Shown: positions 36,229-47,818, counted from the first letter of the stretch. The stretch: DNA of 64,000 nucleotides from Escherichia coli (GCF_046105845.1 NZ_CP151004.1), one strand, 5' to 3'. Program-made: numbers and translations. The notes: generated from the letters alone by a model not told the origin.

Positions 36229-36486
36229 TTACTCGAGTTCCGCCATCAGTTTAACCAGATGTTCAACCGCTTTCTGCTCGTCTTCGCCTTCTGCGGAGAT
36301 AGTCACAACGGTACCTTGAGTCAGGCCCAGAGTCTGCAGTTTAAACAGGCTTTTCGCGCTGGCGCTTTTGCCGTTGGAAGTCACAGTAATTTCAGAAGTG
36401 AAGCCCTTAGCTTCTTTTACAAACTGGGCAGCAGGGCGGGTGTGCAGACCGTTCGGAGCGGTAATGGTAACTTCTTGCTGGAACAT
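36229..36486 (-). CDS. ptsH: PTS phosphocarrier protein HPr
   Basis: 85 aa [29 protein letters not shown].. Confidence 0.97.
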
Positions 36487-36818
36487 TGTATTTCCCCAAC
36501 TTATAGGTTTAGTGTTGTGGAACTAAAGTCTAGCCTGGCGGTTCGACTTTAGCCTGTATTGTTAGCGCCAGTTTTTAACAGACGCGATGCACGAAGAGCG
36601 CAATACAGTCCATTGCTGGCGGGTGTTGACCGCTGACGTTTCGTACGTCATTAAACATTATGCCGCTAAAGGAAGAATTGAACCAAATCATAAAATCGAT
36701 TCAGCTTTGGCTTTTCCTGTAACGATTAATTTCGCGCATCAAAATAATTAGTCTGGTTAAATACCAGTTCCGACAGGCTGAATCAATGCCAGGAGGGGCG
36801 AAAGTTTGAAGCAGGCCA
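36487..36818 (-). promoter_or_regulatory. ptsHI-crr upstream regulatory region (multiple promoters expected)
   Basis: About 330-bp non-coding interval upstream of ptsH; by established biology carries ptsH promoters with CRP and Mlc control; individual sites not resolved. Confidence 0.4.
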
Positions 36819-36847
36819 CAAAAAAGCACCTGAAAAGGTGCTTTTTT
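36819..36847 (-). terminator. Rho-independent terminator after cysK (symmetrical A/T flanks)
   Basis: aaaaaa-agcacc-tgaaaa-ggtgct-ttttt, 20 nt downstream of cysK stop. Confidence 0.8.
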
Positions 36848-36869
36848 ACGCATTTTTAACAAGCTGGCA

Positions 36870-37841
36870 TTACTGTTGCAATTCTTTCTCAGTGAAGAGA
36901 TCGGCAAACAATGCGGTGCTTAAATAACGCTCACCCGATGACGGTAGAATAACCACAATATTCTTGTTGGTAAAGCTTTCATCTTCTTGTAGTTTCAACG
37001 CCGCAGCAACAGCTGCTCCAGAAGAGATACCTGCAAGAATACCTTCTTCTTCCATCAGACGACGCGCGGTAGAAATGGCTTCTTCATTGGTGATGCCAAT
37101 GACTTTATCGACCAGCTTGAGATCGAGGTTCGCCGGGATAAAACCAGCGCCAATACCCTGAATTTTATGCGGGCCAGGTTTAATCTCTTCACCTGCCAGC
37201 GCCTGGGCGATAACTGGAGAATCGGTTGGCTCAACGGCGACAGAGATAAGATCGGTCTTGCCTTTGGTGCCTTTAATGTAGCGGCTGACGCCGGTCAGCG
37301 TACCGCCAGTCCCAACGCCAGCAATAAATACATCAACCTGACCGTCGGTATCTTCCCAGATCTCCGGACCGGTGGTTTTTTCGTGAATTTCAGGGTTTGC
37401 CGGATTGCTGAATTGTTGCAGCAGCAGGTATTTCTCTGGATTGCTGGCGACAATTTCTTCTGCTTTTTGGATTGCGCCTTTCATGCCTTTAGCACCTTCG
37501 GTCAGCACCAGGTTTGCACCTAACGCTTTCAGCAGCTTGCGGCGTTCAATACTCATGGTTTCTGGCATGGTCAGGGTGAGTTTGTAACCGCGAGCGGCAG
37601 CGACATAGGCCAGTGCAATCCCGGTATTACCGCTGGTCGGTTCAACCAGTTCAACGCCTGGTTTCAGCACGCCGCGCTTTTCGGCATCCCAAATCATGTT
37701 GGCACCGATACGGCACTTAACGCTGAAGCTGGGGTTACGAGATTCCACCTTCGCCAGAATGCGTCCGTTACCGATGCGATTCAGGCGAACCAGCGGCGTG
37801 TGACCGATAGTCAGCGAGTTATCTTCAAAAATCTTACTCAT
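36870..37841 (-). CDS. cysK: Cysteine synthase A (O-acetylserine sulfhydrylase A) CysK
   Basis: 323 aa [44 protein letters not shown].. Confidence 0.97.
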   Translation of the reverse strand: MSKIFEDNSLTIGHTPLVRLNRIGNGRILAKVESRNPSFSVKCRIGANMIWDAEKRGVLKPGVELVEPTSGNTGIALAYVAAARGYKLTLTMPETMSIERRKLLKALGANLVLTEGAKGMKGAIQKAEEIVASNPEKYLLLQQFSNPANPEIHEKTTGPEIWEDTDGQVDVFIAGVGTGGTLTGVSRYIKGTKGKTDLISVAVEPTDSPVIAQALAGEEIKPGPHKIQGIGAGFIPANLDLKLVDKVIGITNEEAISTARRLMEEEGILAGISSGAAVAAALKLQEDESFTNKNIVVILPSSGERYLSTALFADLFTEKELQQ

Positions 37842-38025
37842 GGCCTGTCCTTAACTGTATGAAATTGGGATACAACAGGTAGCATACCCGCTCAGAGAAT
37901 ATGCGGAAGTAAGGATTTAGCATATCTATATGCAGAAGGGAAATAATGACATGCAAGATGGAATAAGGGGCGGCATAAGCCACCCCTGTTTCACACAAGC
38001 GGTTTACAAAATAACCGGTAGATTG

Positions 38026-38787
38026 TTACCGCCACATCGCGTGTTTATCGCGATAGCAATCGACCCACATCGCCGTCGCACCACAAACGGCAACGGGCAT
38101 GATGAACAGATTAAGCAGAGGGATCATCGTAAACAGGCTGGTTAAAGCACCAAACTGCATATTGGTGATTTTGCGTGTGCGCAGGGCGGTGCGCATCTCT
38201 TTAAACGGCACTTTGTGGTTATCGAAGGGGTAATCGCAATACTGGATGGCTAACATCCAGGCGCTAAACAGGAACCACAGTACCGGCGCGACGGTTTGCC
38301 CAATACCAGGGATGAAGTAAAGAATTAGCAATACAATTGCGCGCGGCAGATACCAGGCAAATTTTTGCCATTCGCGTTTCATGATTCGCGGCACATCTTT
38401 CATGATACCGAAAATCCCGGTATCTGGCGGTGTAGCGCCAGTCAATCGTGCTTCCAGTTGTTCAGCCAATAAACCATTGAACGGAGCGGCAATCCAGTTA
38501 GCAATCGTTGAGAAGAAATAGCCAAACACTAACAGCACAGAGATGACAGCCAGAGGCCACAACAGATAGCTCAGCCATTGTAACCAGTCCGGAACATAAC
38601 TCATGAGAGTCGGGATCCAGACATCGAGTTGCGTAAAGAGCCACCAGAATGCGCCCCCCATCAACAAAATATTGACCAGCAGCGGTAAAATAACGAAACG
38701 CCGAATCCCAGGTTGCGAGACGAGCTTCCAGCCTTGCGCAAAATAGTAAAAACCGCTGCGTGGGGCAGATGTGAATGATGAAACCAT
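38026..38787 (-). CDS. cysZ: Sulfate transporter CysZ
   Basis: 253 aa polytopic membrane protein [31 protein letters not shown].. Confidence 0.94.
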
Positions 38788-39016
38788 AATCAGGATGAGC
38801 TCCTTTTGACCAATCCCAGGAAAATTCTGCGTATTTTACCGGGTAATTGCGCAATGGACAGTTAGGATATGTTCGAAAAAACAGCAAAAAGCACGATTTC
38901 ATCTATCTTTGTGCTGTGAAAGTTAATAGTGCACTTGCACTTGAGGTAATCGGCAAATACTCTTAGTGAGTAAATGTTTGCCGTGGTGGCAAGGTGTTAG
39001 AACAACAGAGAATATA

Positions 39017-40015
39017 ATGATGCAGGATTTGCGTCTGATATTAATCATTGTTGGCGCGATCGCCATAATCGCTTTACTGGTACATGGTTTCTGGACCAGC
39101 CGTAAAGAACGATCTTCTATGTTCCGCGATCGGCCATTAAAACGAATGAAGTCAAAACGTGACGACGATTCTTATGACGAGGATGTCGAAGATGATGAGG
39201 GCGTTGGTGAGGTTCGTGTTCACCGCGTGAATCATGCCCCGGCTAACGCCCAGGAGCATGAGGCTGCTCGTCCGTCGCCGCAACACCAGTACCAACCGCC
39301 TTATGCGTCTGCGCAGCCGCGTCAACCGGTCCAGCAGCCGCCTGAAGCGCAAGTACCGCCGCAACATGCTCCGCGTCCAGCGCAGCCGGTGCAGCAACCC
39401 GTGCAGCAGCCTGCCTATCAGCCGCAGCCTGAACAGCCGTTGCAGCAGCCAGTTTCGCCACAGGTCGCATCAGCGCCACAGCCAGTGCATTCAGCACCGC
39501 AACCGGCACAACAGGCTTTCCAGCCTGCAGAGCCTGTAGCGGCACCACAGCCTGAGCCTGTAGCGGAACCGGCTCCAGTTATGGATAAACCGAAGCGCAA
39601 AGAAGCGGTGATTATCATGAACGTCGCGGCGCATCACGGTAGCGAGCTAAACGGTGAACTGCTTCTTAACAGCATTCAACAAGCGGGCTTCATTTTTGGC
39701 GATATGAATATTTACCATCGTCATCTTAGCCCGGATGGCAGCGGCCCGGCGTTATTCAGCCTGGCGAATATGGTGAAACCGGGAACCTTTGATCCTGAAA
39801 TGAAGGATTTCACTACTCCGGGTGTCACTATCTTTATGCAGGTACCGTCTTACGGTGACGAGCTGCAGAACTTCAAGCTGATGCTGCAATCTGCGCAGCA
39901 TATTGCCGATGAAGTGGGCGGTGTCGTGCTTGACGATCAGCGCCGTATGATGACTCCGCAGAAATTGCGCGAGTACCAGGACATCATCCGCGAAGTCAAA
40001 GACGCCAACGCCTGA
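39017..40015 (+). CDS. zipA: Cell division protein ZipA
   Basis: 332 aa [25 protein letters not shown].. with N-terminal TM anchor, P/Q-rich linker, C-terminal FtsZ-binding domain; ORF-track extension (38966) rejected. Confidence 0.93.
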
Positions 40016-40044
40016 TACACTTAAGGCAAATTAACTCCTCTTCG

Positions 40045-40068
40045 AACCCCCGCTTGTCGGGGGTTTTT
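40045..40068 (+). terminator. Rho-independent terminator after zipA
   Basis: cccccg-cttgt-cggggg hairpin followed by ttttt. Confidence 0.8.
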
Positions 40069-40076
40069 AGCATTGA

Positions 40077-42101
<2,025 letters not shown>

Positions 42102-42102
42102 G

Positions 42103-42321
42103 ATGGAAAAAGAGCAGCTGATTGAAATAGCCAATACGATAATGCCGTTTGGCAAATACAAAGGGCGTCGCTTAATCGACCTGCCGGAGGAGTATCTTCT
42201 GTGGTTTGCCCGCAAAGATGAGTTCCCGGCAGGGAAGCTCGGTGAGCTAATGCAAATCACGCTGCTGATTAAAACTGAGGGGCTGACGCAACTGGTCCAG
42301 CCCCTGAAGCGTCCTCTTTAA
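42103..42321 (+). CDS. ypeB: Small protein YpeB (DUF3820)
   Basis: 72 aa MEKEQLIEIANTIMPFGKYKGRRLIDLPEEYLLWF..; starts 1 nt after ligA stop. Confidence 0.85.
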   Translation: MEKEQLIEIANTIMPFGKYKGRRLIDLPEEYLLWFARKDEFPAGKLGELMQITLLIKTEGLTQLVQPLKRPL

Positions 42322-43316
42322 GCTTTATTGGCGCGGCTTTCCTGCTGCGCCTGTAACTGTTCGGTCTGGTGTTTGTATCGACGCGCCAGCACCGCACAGA
42401 CCATCAATTGGATCTGATGGAAAATCATCAGAGGCAGCACCATCATACCGATCACCGATGTGGGGAAAAGAATGTTTGCCATCGGGATGCCATTTGCCAG
42501 ACTCTTTTTCGAACCACAAAAGACGATAGTAATTTCATCTGCCTTATTGAAGCCCAGTCGGCGTGCCATAAAGACGTTAACTACAATCACGATAGCCAGA
42601 AGAACGCAGCTGACCACCACGATAAACAGCAATGATCCCCAGCCAACTTTATGCCAGATACCATTAACAACGGCTTCGCTGAACGCTGTATAAACCACCA
42701 ATAGAATGGACGTCTGGTCAGTTTTCGCAATCCATTTTTTATTGCGCGACACCCAGTCACCAATCCACGGCCGGGAAAGATGCCCCAACACAAACGGCAG
42801 CAGCAGTTGCAGCATAATTTTACCGACCTGCTCAAGGCTGCCCCCTGCACCGTGAACATTCATCACCAGACCAACCAGCAATGGTGAAAGGAAAATCCCC
42901 AGCAGGCTGGATGCTGACGCAGAACAAACCGCCGCCGCGACGTTACCGCCCGCCATTGACGTGAAGGCGATTGCAGACTGCACGGTAGCGGGGAGAATGC
43001 ACAAGTAGAGAAAACCGGAGTAGAGCATCGGGTCGACATTTACCGGTTTCCACCAGGCAAACAGCACGCCCAGAATCGGAAACAGCACGAAGGTGCTGCA
43101 CATTACCCACAAATGCAGTCGCCAGTGCCCACCGCCAGCAATAATCGCCTCACGCGACAACTTCGCGCCGTGCATAAAAAACAGCAGGGCAATCGCTGCG
43201 GTGGTCAGATTTTCAAAGAAGGGGACGAAATCGCCTCTGGCCGGAAAGAAAGAGGCCAGCAACACCACCGTGATCAGGGTTAAGGTGAAAGGATCGAGGA
43301 TACGAAAAAGTTTCAT
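42318..43316 (-). CDS. yfeH: Putative bile-acid/Na+ symporter family membrane transporter YfeH
   Basis: 332 aa polytopic membrane protein; stop codon overlaps ypeB stop in antiparallel. Confidence 0.88.
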   Translation of the reverse strand: MKLFRILDPFTLTLITVVLLASFFPARGDFVPFFENLTTAAIALLFFMHGAKLSREAIIAGGGHWRLHLWVMCSTFVLFPILGVLFAWWKPVNVDPMLYSGFLYLCILPATVQSAIAFTSMAGGNVAAAVCSASASSLLGIFLSPLLVGLVMNVHGAGGSLEQVGKIMLQLLLPFVLGHLSRPWIGDWVSRNKKWIAKTDQTSILLVVYTAFSEAVVNGIWHKVGWGSLLFIVVVSCVLLAIVIVVNVFMARRLGFNKADEITIVFCGSKKSLANGIPMANILFPTSVIGMMVLPLMIFHQIQLMVCAVLARRYKHQTEQLQAQQESRANKA

Positions 43317-43405
43317 AAAGACTCCAGATGATCGATGGTTCTATTGTGCTTCTTCCAGTTTGAGAAATAAAATTGATTTATTGCATCCATTCATGAAGAA
43401 AACAG

Positions 43406-44332
43406 ATGAATTATTCTTTAAAACAATTAAAGGTTTTCGTCACAGTAGCGCAGGAGAAAAGTTTTAGTCGTGCAGGAGAGCGTATCGGCCTGAGCCAGTC
43501 GGCAGTGAGTCACAGTGTGAAGGAGCTGGAAAATCATACTGGTGTTCGCCTGCTGGACAGAACCACGCGTGAAGTGGTGCTTACAGATGCAGGGCAGCAG
43601 TTGGCTTTGCGTCTTGAGCGACTGCTGGATGAACTTAACAGCACGTTGCGCGATACCGGGCGTATGGGGCAACAACTGAGCGGAAAAGTTCGGGTCGCTG
43701 CCAGCCAGACCATTTCCGCGCATCTTATTCCGCAATGCATTGCTGAAAGCCATCGCCGCTATCCAGATATTCAGTTTGTCCTGCACGATCGTCCGCAGCA
43801 GTGGGTGATGGAAAGTATTCGCCAGGGAGATGTCGATTTTGGCATCGTCATCGATCCAGGCCCAGTGAGCGATCTGCAATGTGAAGCGATTCTTTCCGAG
43901 CCTTTCTTCTTGCTTTGCCATCGCGATAGCGCTTTGGCCGAGGAAGATTATGTACCCTGGCAGGCATTACAGGGAGCGAAATTGGTGTTGCAGGATTACG
44001 CGTCAGGCAGCCGACCGCTGATTGACGCAGCTCTGGCGCGCAACGGTATTCAGGCGAATATTGTGCAGGAGATTGGTCATCCGGCGACGCTGTTCCCGAT
44101 GGTAGCCGCAGGCATCGGCATCAGTATTCTTCCCGCACTGGCGCTACCATTGCCTGAAGGTAGCCCACTGGTGATAAAGCGCATTACACCGGTGGTAGAA
44201 CGCCAGTTGATGCTGGTGCGCAGGAAGAACCGTTCACTTTCCACCGCCGCACAAGCGTTATGGGACGTGGTACGAGACCAGGGCCATGCGCTAATGGCTG
44301 GGCGGGAAGGGGATCCGTTGTATCAGATATAG
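43406..44332 (+). CDS. yfeR: LysR-type transcriptional regulator YfeR
   Basis: 308 aa [42 protein letters not shown].. (N-terminal HTH); divergent from yfeH. Confidence 0.92.
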   Translation: MNYSLKQLKVFVTVAQEKSFSRAGERIGLSQSAVSHSVKELENHTGVRLLDRTTREVVLTDAGQQLALRLERLLDELNSTLRDTGRMGQQLSGKVRVAASQTISAHLIPQCIAESHRRYPDIQFVLHDRPQQWVMESIRQGDVDFGIVIDPGPVSDLQCEAILSEPFFLLCHRDSALAEEDYVPWQALQGAKLVLQDYASGSRPLIDAALARNGIQANIVQEIGHPATLFPMVAAGIGISILPALALPLPEGSPLVIKRITPVVERQLMLVRRKNRSLSTAAQALWDVVRDQGHALMAGREGDPLYQI

Positions 44333-44664
44333 ATATCGATCTGAGTCGTTTTTTCAACAGGATTTGGAAGGGATGCATTCAGAGACAAACGCTGCTCTTT
44401 CTCCTGCGCTTTTTCTGCCTGCTGTCTTTGCAACTGCGCCAGTTGTGTTTCCAGTAGGGTGATTTGCTGCTGAATCAATTCGGCCTGTTTTTGCTTGTCT
44501 TCAGCACTGCCGCTAGTGTCTGCAATCTCTTTAATTTGTTGAGTGAGTTTGATGATTTGCTGACTTATCCGCGCAATTTGTGAAGCAACATCGCTACCTT
44601 CTGATGCCCTGTTACTACTCTGTGTTTGTATGGAAGGAATTGAAGTTGGAGAGATAGTGGCCAT
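44323..44664 (-). CDS. Hypothetical coiled-coil protein, FlxA-like (flagellar-regulon-type protein of unknown function)
   Basis: 113-aa ORF with GAGG SD 8 nt upstream of ATG; S/T-rich N-terminus then Q/L/K/E-rich predicted coiled coil ([57 protein letters not shown]), C-terminus ..QIDIYI; own sigma-28-like promoter; family assignment from memory, not searched. Confidence 0.6.
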   Translation of the reverse strand: MATISPTSIPSIQTQSSNRASEGSDVASQIARISQQIIKLTQQIKEIADTSGSAEDKQKQAELIQQQITLLETQLAQLQRQQAEKAQEKEQRLSLNASLPNPVEKTTQIDIYI

Positions 44665-44692
44665 TGTTCAGTCCTCGTCACTGTACGAGGTA

Positions 44693-44719
44693 ATATCGGC
44701 AGAAGAACAAGGAACTTGA
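44693..44719 (-). promoter_or_regulatory. Putative sigma-28 (FliA)-dependent promoter of the FlxA-like ORF
   Basis: Minus-strand read TCAAGTTC-N11-GCCGATAT vs FliA consensus TAAAGTTT-N11-GCCGATAA; 28 nt upstream of the ORF start. Confidence 0.5.
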
Positions 44720-44752
44720 GAAGAAAAATCAATCTTACAAACCGCATATAGC

Positions 44753-44779
44753 AAAAAAGCGCCTTTAGGGCGCCTTTTT
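44753..44779 (-). terminator. Rho-independent terminator of the valU-valX-valY-lysV tRNA operon
   Basis: A-tract, gcgcc..ggcgc hairpin, T-tract immediately 3' of lysV. Confidence 0.75.
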
Positions 44780-44783
44780 ACAT

Positions 44784-44859
44784 TGGTGGGTCGTGCAGGA
44801 TTCGAACCTGCGACCAATTGATTAAAAGTCAACTGCTCTACCAACTGAGCTAACGACCC
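44784..44859 (-). tRNA. lysV: tRNA-Lys (anticodon UUU)
   Basis: Reverse complement reads GGGTCGTTAGCTCAGTTGGTAGAGCAGTTGACTTTTAATCAATTGGTCGCAGGTTCGAATCCTGCACGACCCACCA; 76 nt with encoded CCA. Confidence 0.97.
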
Positions 44860-44863
44860 GAAG

Positions 44864-44939
44864 TGGTGGGTGATGACGGGATCGAACCGCCGACCCCCTC
44901 CTTGTAAGGGAGGTGCTCTCCCAGCTGAGCTAATCACCC
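44864..44939 (-). tRNA. valY: tRNA-Val (anticodon UAC)
   Basis: Reverse complement reads GGGTGATTAGCTCAGCTGGGAGAGCACCTCCCTTACAAGGAGGGGGTCGGCGGTTCGATCCCGTCATCACCCACCA; 4-nt spacer to lysV. Confidence 0.97.
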
Positions 44940-44985
44940 ACTTCGGTACTTCACATTTTTACAAGAAATTTAGCTGGTGAGAAAG

Positions 44986-45061
44986 TGGTGGGTGATGACG
45001 GGATCGAACCGCCGACCCCCTCCTTGTAAGGGAGGTGCTCTCCCAGCTGAGCTAATCACCC
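44986..45061 (-). tRNA. valX: tRNA-Val (anticodon UAC)
   Basis: Identical 76-nt tRNA-Val copy. Confidence 0.97.
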
Positions 45062-45105
45062 ACTTCTCAATTTCTTGCTACACGGCGGAGACTACATAAA
45101 GTAGT

Positions 45106-45181
45106 TGGTGGGTGATGACGGGATCGAACCGCCGACCCCCTCCTTGTAAGGGAGGTGCTCTCCCAGCTGAGCTAATCACCC
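45106..45181 (-). tRNA. valU: tRNA-Val (anticodon UAC)
   Basis: Identical 76-nt tRNA-Val copy; first gene of the tRNA operon. Confidence 0.97.
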
Positions 45182-45198
45182 CCGCTGTGTGGAGTCGC

Positions 45199-45226
45199 AT
45201 TATAGGGAGAGTTCAAAATGAGTCAA
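45199..45226 (-). promoter_or_regulatory. Sigma-70 promoter of the valU tRNA operon (stringent-type)
   Basis: Minus-strand read TTGACT-N16-TATAAT followed by GC-rich discriminator gcgactcc, about 18 nt upstream of valU. Confidence 0.7.
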
Positions 45227-45439
45227 CGCATTTTCTAAAGAAATTGTTCGTTCGTCGTAAATTTAAGCAAGATGATCGCAAAACAGACCGTGTTGCGCAA
45301 TTTGTCAACGAAAACAATAATGCGTAAGGTTGCAACCCGAACTACATTGAGGAATCAGGCGGGAGTGATAGAATATCGCCCACTCAATTTTTCCAGGATT
45401 TGCCGGTTGTCGGCATCTTTCTAAACGTAAGGCCATTTC

Positions 45440-46855
45440 ATGAAAATCAAAACTCGCTTCGCGCCAAGCCCAACAGGCTATCTGCACGTTGGCGGCGCGC
45501 GTACTGCTCTTTACTCCTGGCTTTTTGCACGTAACCACGGCGGTGAGTTCGTGCTGCGTATTGAAGACACCGATCTTGAGCGTTCCACGCCGGAAGCTAT
45601 CGAAGCCATTATGGATGGCATGAACTGGCTGAGCCTGGAGTGGGATGAAGGTCCGTACTACCAGACCAAACGTTTTGATCGCTACAACGCGGTGATCGAT
45701 CAGATGCTGGAAGAGGGCACAGCTTATAAATGCTATTGCTCTAAAGAGCGCCTGGAAGCGCTGCGCGAAGAGCAAATGGCGAAAGGTGAGAAACCGCGTT
45801 ATGACGGTCGCTGCCGCCACAGCCATGAGCATCATGCTGATGATGAACCGTGCGTTGTACGTTTTGCTAACCCGCAGGAAGGTTCTGTTGTTTTTGACGA
45901 TCAGATCCGTGGTCCGATCGAATTCAGCAACCAGGAGCTGGATGATCTGATTATCCGTCGTACCGATGGTTCTCCAACCTATAACTTCTGTGTGGTGGTT
46001 GACGACTGGGATATGGAAATCACCCACGTTATCCGTGGCGAAGACCATATCAACAACACGCCACGCCAGATCAACATTCTTAAAGCACTGAAAGCGCCGG
46101 TACCGGTTTACGCGCACGTTTCTATGATCAACGGCGATGACGGCAAAAAACTGTCCAAACGTCACGGGGCGGTCAGCGTAATGCAGTATCGTGATGACGG
46201 TTATCTGCCAGAAGCACTGCTGAACTATCTGGTGCGTCTGGGCTGGTCCCACGGCGATCAGGAAATCTTCACTCGTGAAGAGATGATCAAATACTTCACC
46301 CTGAATGCCGTCAGCAAATCTGCCAGTGCGTTCAACACCGACAAGCTGCTGTGGCTGAACCATCACTACATTAACGCGCTACCGCCGGAGTATGTTGCTA
46401 CTCACTTACAGTGGCACATTGAGCAGGAAAATATCGATACCCGTAACGGCCCGCAGCTGGCTGATCTGGTGAAACTGCTGGGCGAACGCTGCAAGACGCT
46501 GAAAGAGATGGCACAGAGCTGCCGTTATTTCTACGAAGATTTTGCTGAGTTCGATGCCGACGCCGCGAAAAAACATCTGCGTCCGGTAGCGCGTCAGCCG
46601 CTGGAAGTGGTTCGTGACAAACTGGCCGCGATTACTGACTGGACCGCTGAAAACGTTCATCACGCTATTCAGGCGACGGCGGATGAGCTGGAAGTGGGTA
46701 TGGGTAAAGTTGGTATGCCGCTGCGTGTCGCCGTAACTGGTGCGGGGCAGTCTCCGGCGCTGGATGTTACCGTTCACGCAATCGGTAAGACCCGCAGTAT
46801 CGAGCGTATCAACAAAGCGCTGGCTTTTATTGCTGAACGCGAAAATCAGCAGTAA
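45440..46855 (+). CDS. gltX: Glutamate--tRNA ligase GltX
   Basis: 471 aa [30 protein letters not shown].. with class I HVGG and KLSKR motifs. Confidence 0.97.
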   Translation: MKIKTRFAPSPTGYLHVGGARTALYSWLFARNHGGEFVLRIEDTDLERSTPEAIEAIMDGMNWLSLEWDEGPYYQTKRFDRYNAVIDQMLEEGTAYKCYCSKERLEALREEQMAKGEKPRYDGRCRHSHEHHADDEPCVVRFANPQEGSVVFDDQIRGPIEFSNQELDDLIIRRTDGSPTYNFCVVVDDWDMEITHVIRGEDHINNTPRQINILKALKAPVPVYAHVSMINGDDGKKLSKRHGAVSVMQYRDDGYLPEALLNYLVRLGWSHGDQEIFTREEMIKYFTLNAVSKSASAFNTDKLLWLNHHYINALPPEYVATHLQWHIEQENIDTRNGPQLADLVKLLGERCKTLKEMAQSCRYFYEDFAEFDADAAKKHLRPVARQPLEVVRDKLAAITDWTAENVHHAIQATADELEVGMGKVGMPLRVAVTGAGQSPALDVTVHAIGKTRSIERINKALAFIAERENQQ

Positions 46856-46872
46856 TTAGCGCATAAAAGATA

Positions 46873-46904
46873 AACGGCAGGAGAGATACCCCTGCCGTTT
46901 TTTA
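46873..46904. terminator. Bidirectional rho-independent terminator between gltX (+) and yfeD (-)
   Basis: 9-bp stem aacggcagg/cctgccgtt followed by tttttt; A-rich on the 5' side. Confidence 0.8.
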
Positions 46905-46905
46905 T

Positions 46906-47298
46906 TTATTCTGATTCATCTATGTCGAGACGAGCAAGGAAATTACGAATTCCTTCGCGTGACAAAAATTGCGCAACTTTTTCCTGCTCACTGTGAGTCA
47001 TGTTGTCTATTGCGCTGATGATTTGCCGATAAGCAGGAGTGCGAATCCCCGGTGCGTATTCGGCAAGGGGTTCTTCGGCTTCCAGAAGCATCGGCGTGTT
47101 ATGGAAGGCTGGCGTGTTCTGAATAAACTCGCAAACTTGCGTATCGACCAGAATAAGTCTGGCACGACCGCCTTTCACGCCAGGAAACTTTTCCGTTTTC
47201 CAGCCTTTTTCTCTGATCCAACGGTTAACAGTTTGTTTAGCCACACCGAGGCATTCAGCCAGTTCTTCGGTGGTCATTTTATTGCGTAATCTTTTCAT
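46906..47298 (-). CDS. yfeD: Small putative DNA-binding protein YfeD (HTH)
   Basis: 130 aa MKRLRNKMTTEELAECLGVAKQTVNRWIREKGW..; paralogous to adjacent yfeC. Confidence 0.88.
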   Translation of the reverse strand: MKRLRNKMTTEELAECLGVAKQTVNRWIREKGWKTEKFPGVKGGRARLILVDTQVCEFIQNTPAFHNTPMLLEAEEPLAEYAPGIRTPAYRQIISAIDNMTHSEQEKVAQFLSREGIRNFLARLDIDESE

Positions 47299-47299
47299 A

Positions 47300-47644
47300 T
47301 TATTTGCTATCGCGAATCCCTAAGCGTTGTAATAATCCGATAATCCCTTCCCGCAGAAGCAAGGATGTAAACTGTTTTTGTTCAACTGGCGTCATCTCTT
47401 TCGCCAGTGTCACCAGCAACACTTCAAGCGGCGCATCACCAGACAGGGCAGGCGCTTCTCCCTGACCTTCTGGACGTTCAGCATTGCGAATATATTCACG
47501 AACCTGTTCATTGACGTGAACCAGTCGGGCTTTGCCACCCTGGACGCCAGGTTTTGGTGACGTTGTCCAGCCTTCCTTGCGTACCCATTTATTAATGGTC
47601 TGGCGGCTATAGCCGGTCAGTCTGGCAAGTTCATCTGGCGTCAT
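47300..47644 (-). CDS. yfeC: Small putative DNA-binding protein YfeC (HTH)
   Basis: 114 aa MTPDELARLTGYSRQTINKWVRKEGW..; strong SD aaggagagg before this ATG; alternative upstream start at 47659 would add 5 aa. Confidence 0.85.
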   Translation of the reverse strand: MTPDELARLTGYSRQTINKWVRKEGWTTSPKPGVQGGKARLVHVNEQVREYIRNAERPEGQGEAPALSGDAPLEVLLVTLAKEMTPVEQKQFTSLLLREGIIGLLQRLGIRDSK

Positions 47645-47818
47645 CCTCTCCTTGAACATAACAATTCCCTGAATGTATGTGGGTCTATTAGTCGTTCATT
47701 TTATAACACCACTTTACAGGAAACCGTGACATGAATAACTACTGAATGCGAGCGGTTTTCCAAAATTGTTCATTTGCCTGATTTTTCAGCGATTGAAACT
47801 ACACGTTGCAATTTGCCG

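Noticed and set aside
38498-38902. 134-aa ORF overlapping the 5' end of cysZ and its upstream region on the same strand in another frame
   Set aside because: Out of frame with the well-supported cysZ, no SD, and it would span the cysZ promoter region.
39152-39618. Several overlapping ORFs on both strands inside zipA (39234..39539 +, 39243..39548 -, 39152..39397 -, 39418..39618 -)
   Set aside because: They arise from the repetitive P/Q-rich linker-coding DNA of zipA, which is open in multiple frames; no independent start signals.
44668-45327. ORFs overlapping the tRNA genes (44668..44937 -, 45112..45327 +)
   Set aside because: They run through tRNA-Lys and tRNA-Val sequences; structural RNA genes, not coding.
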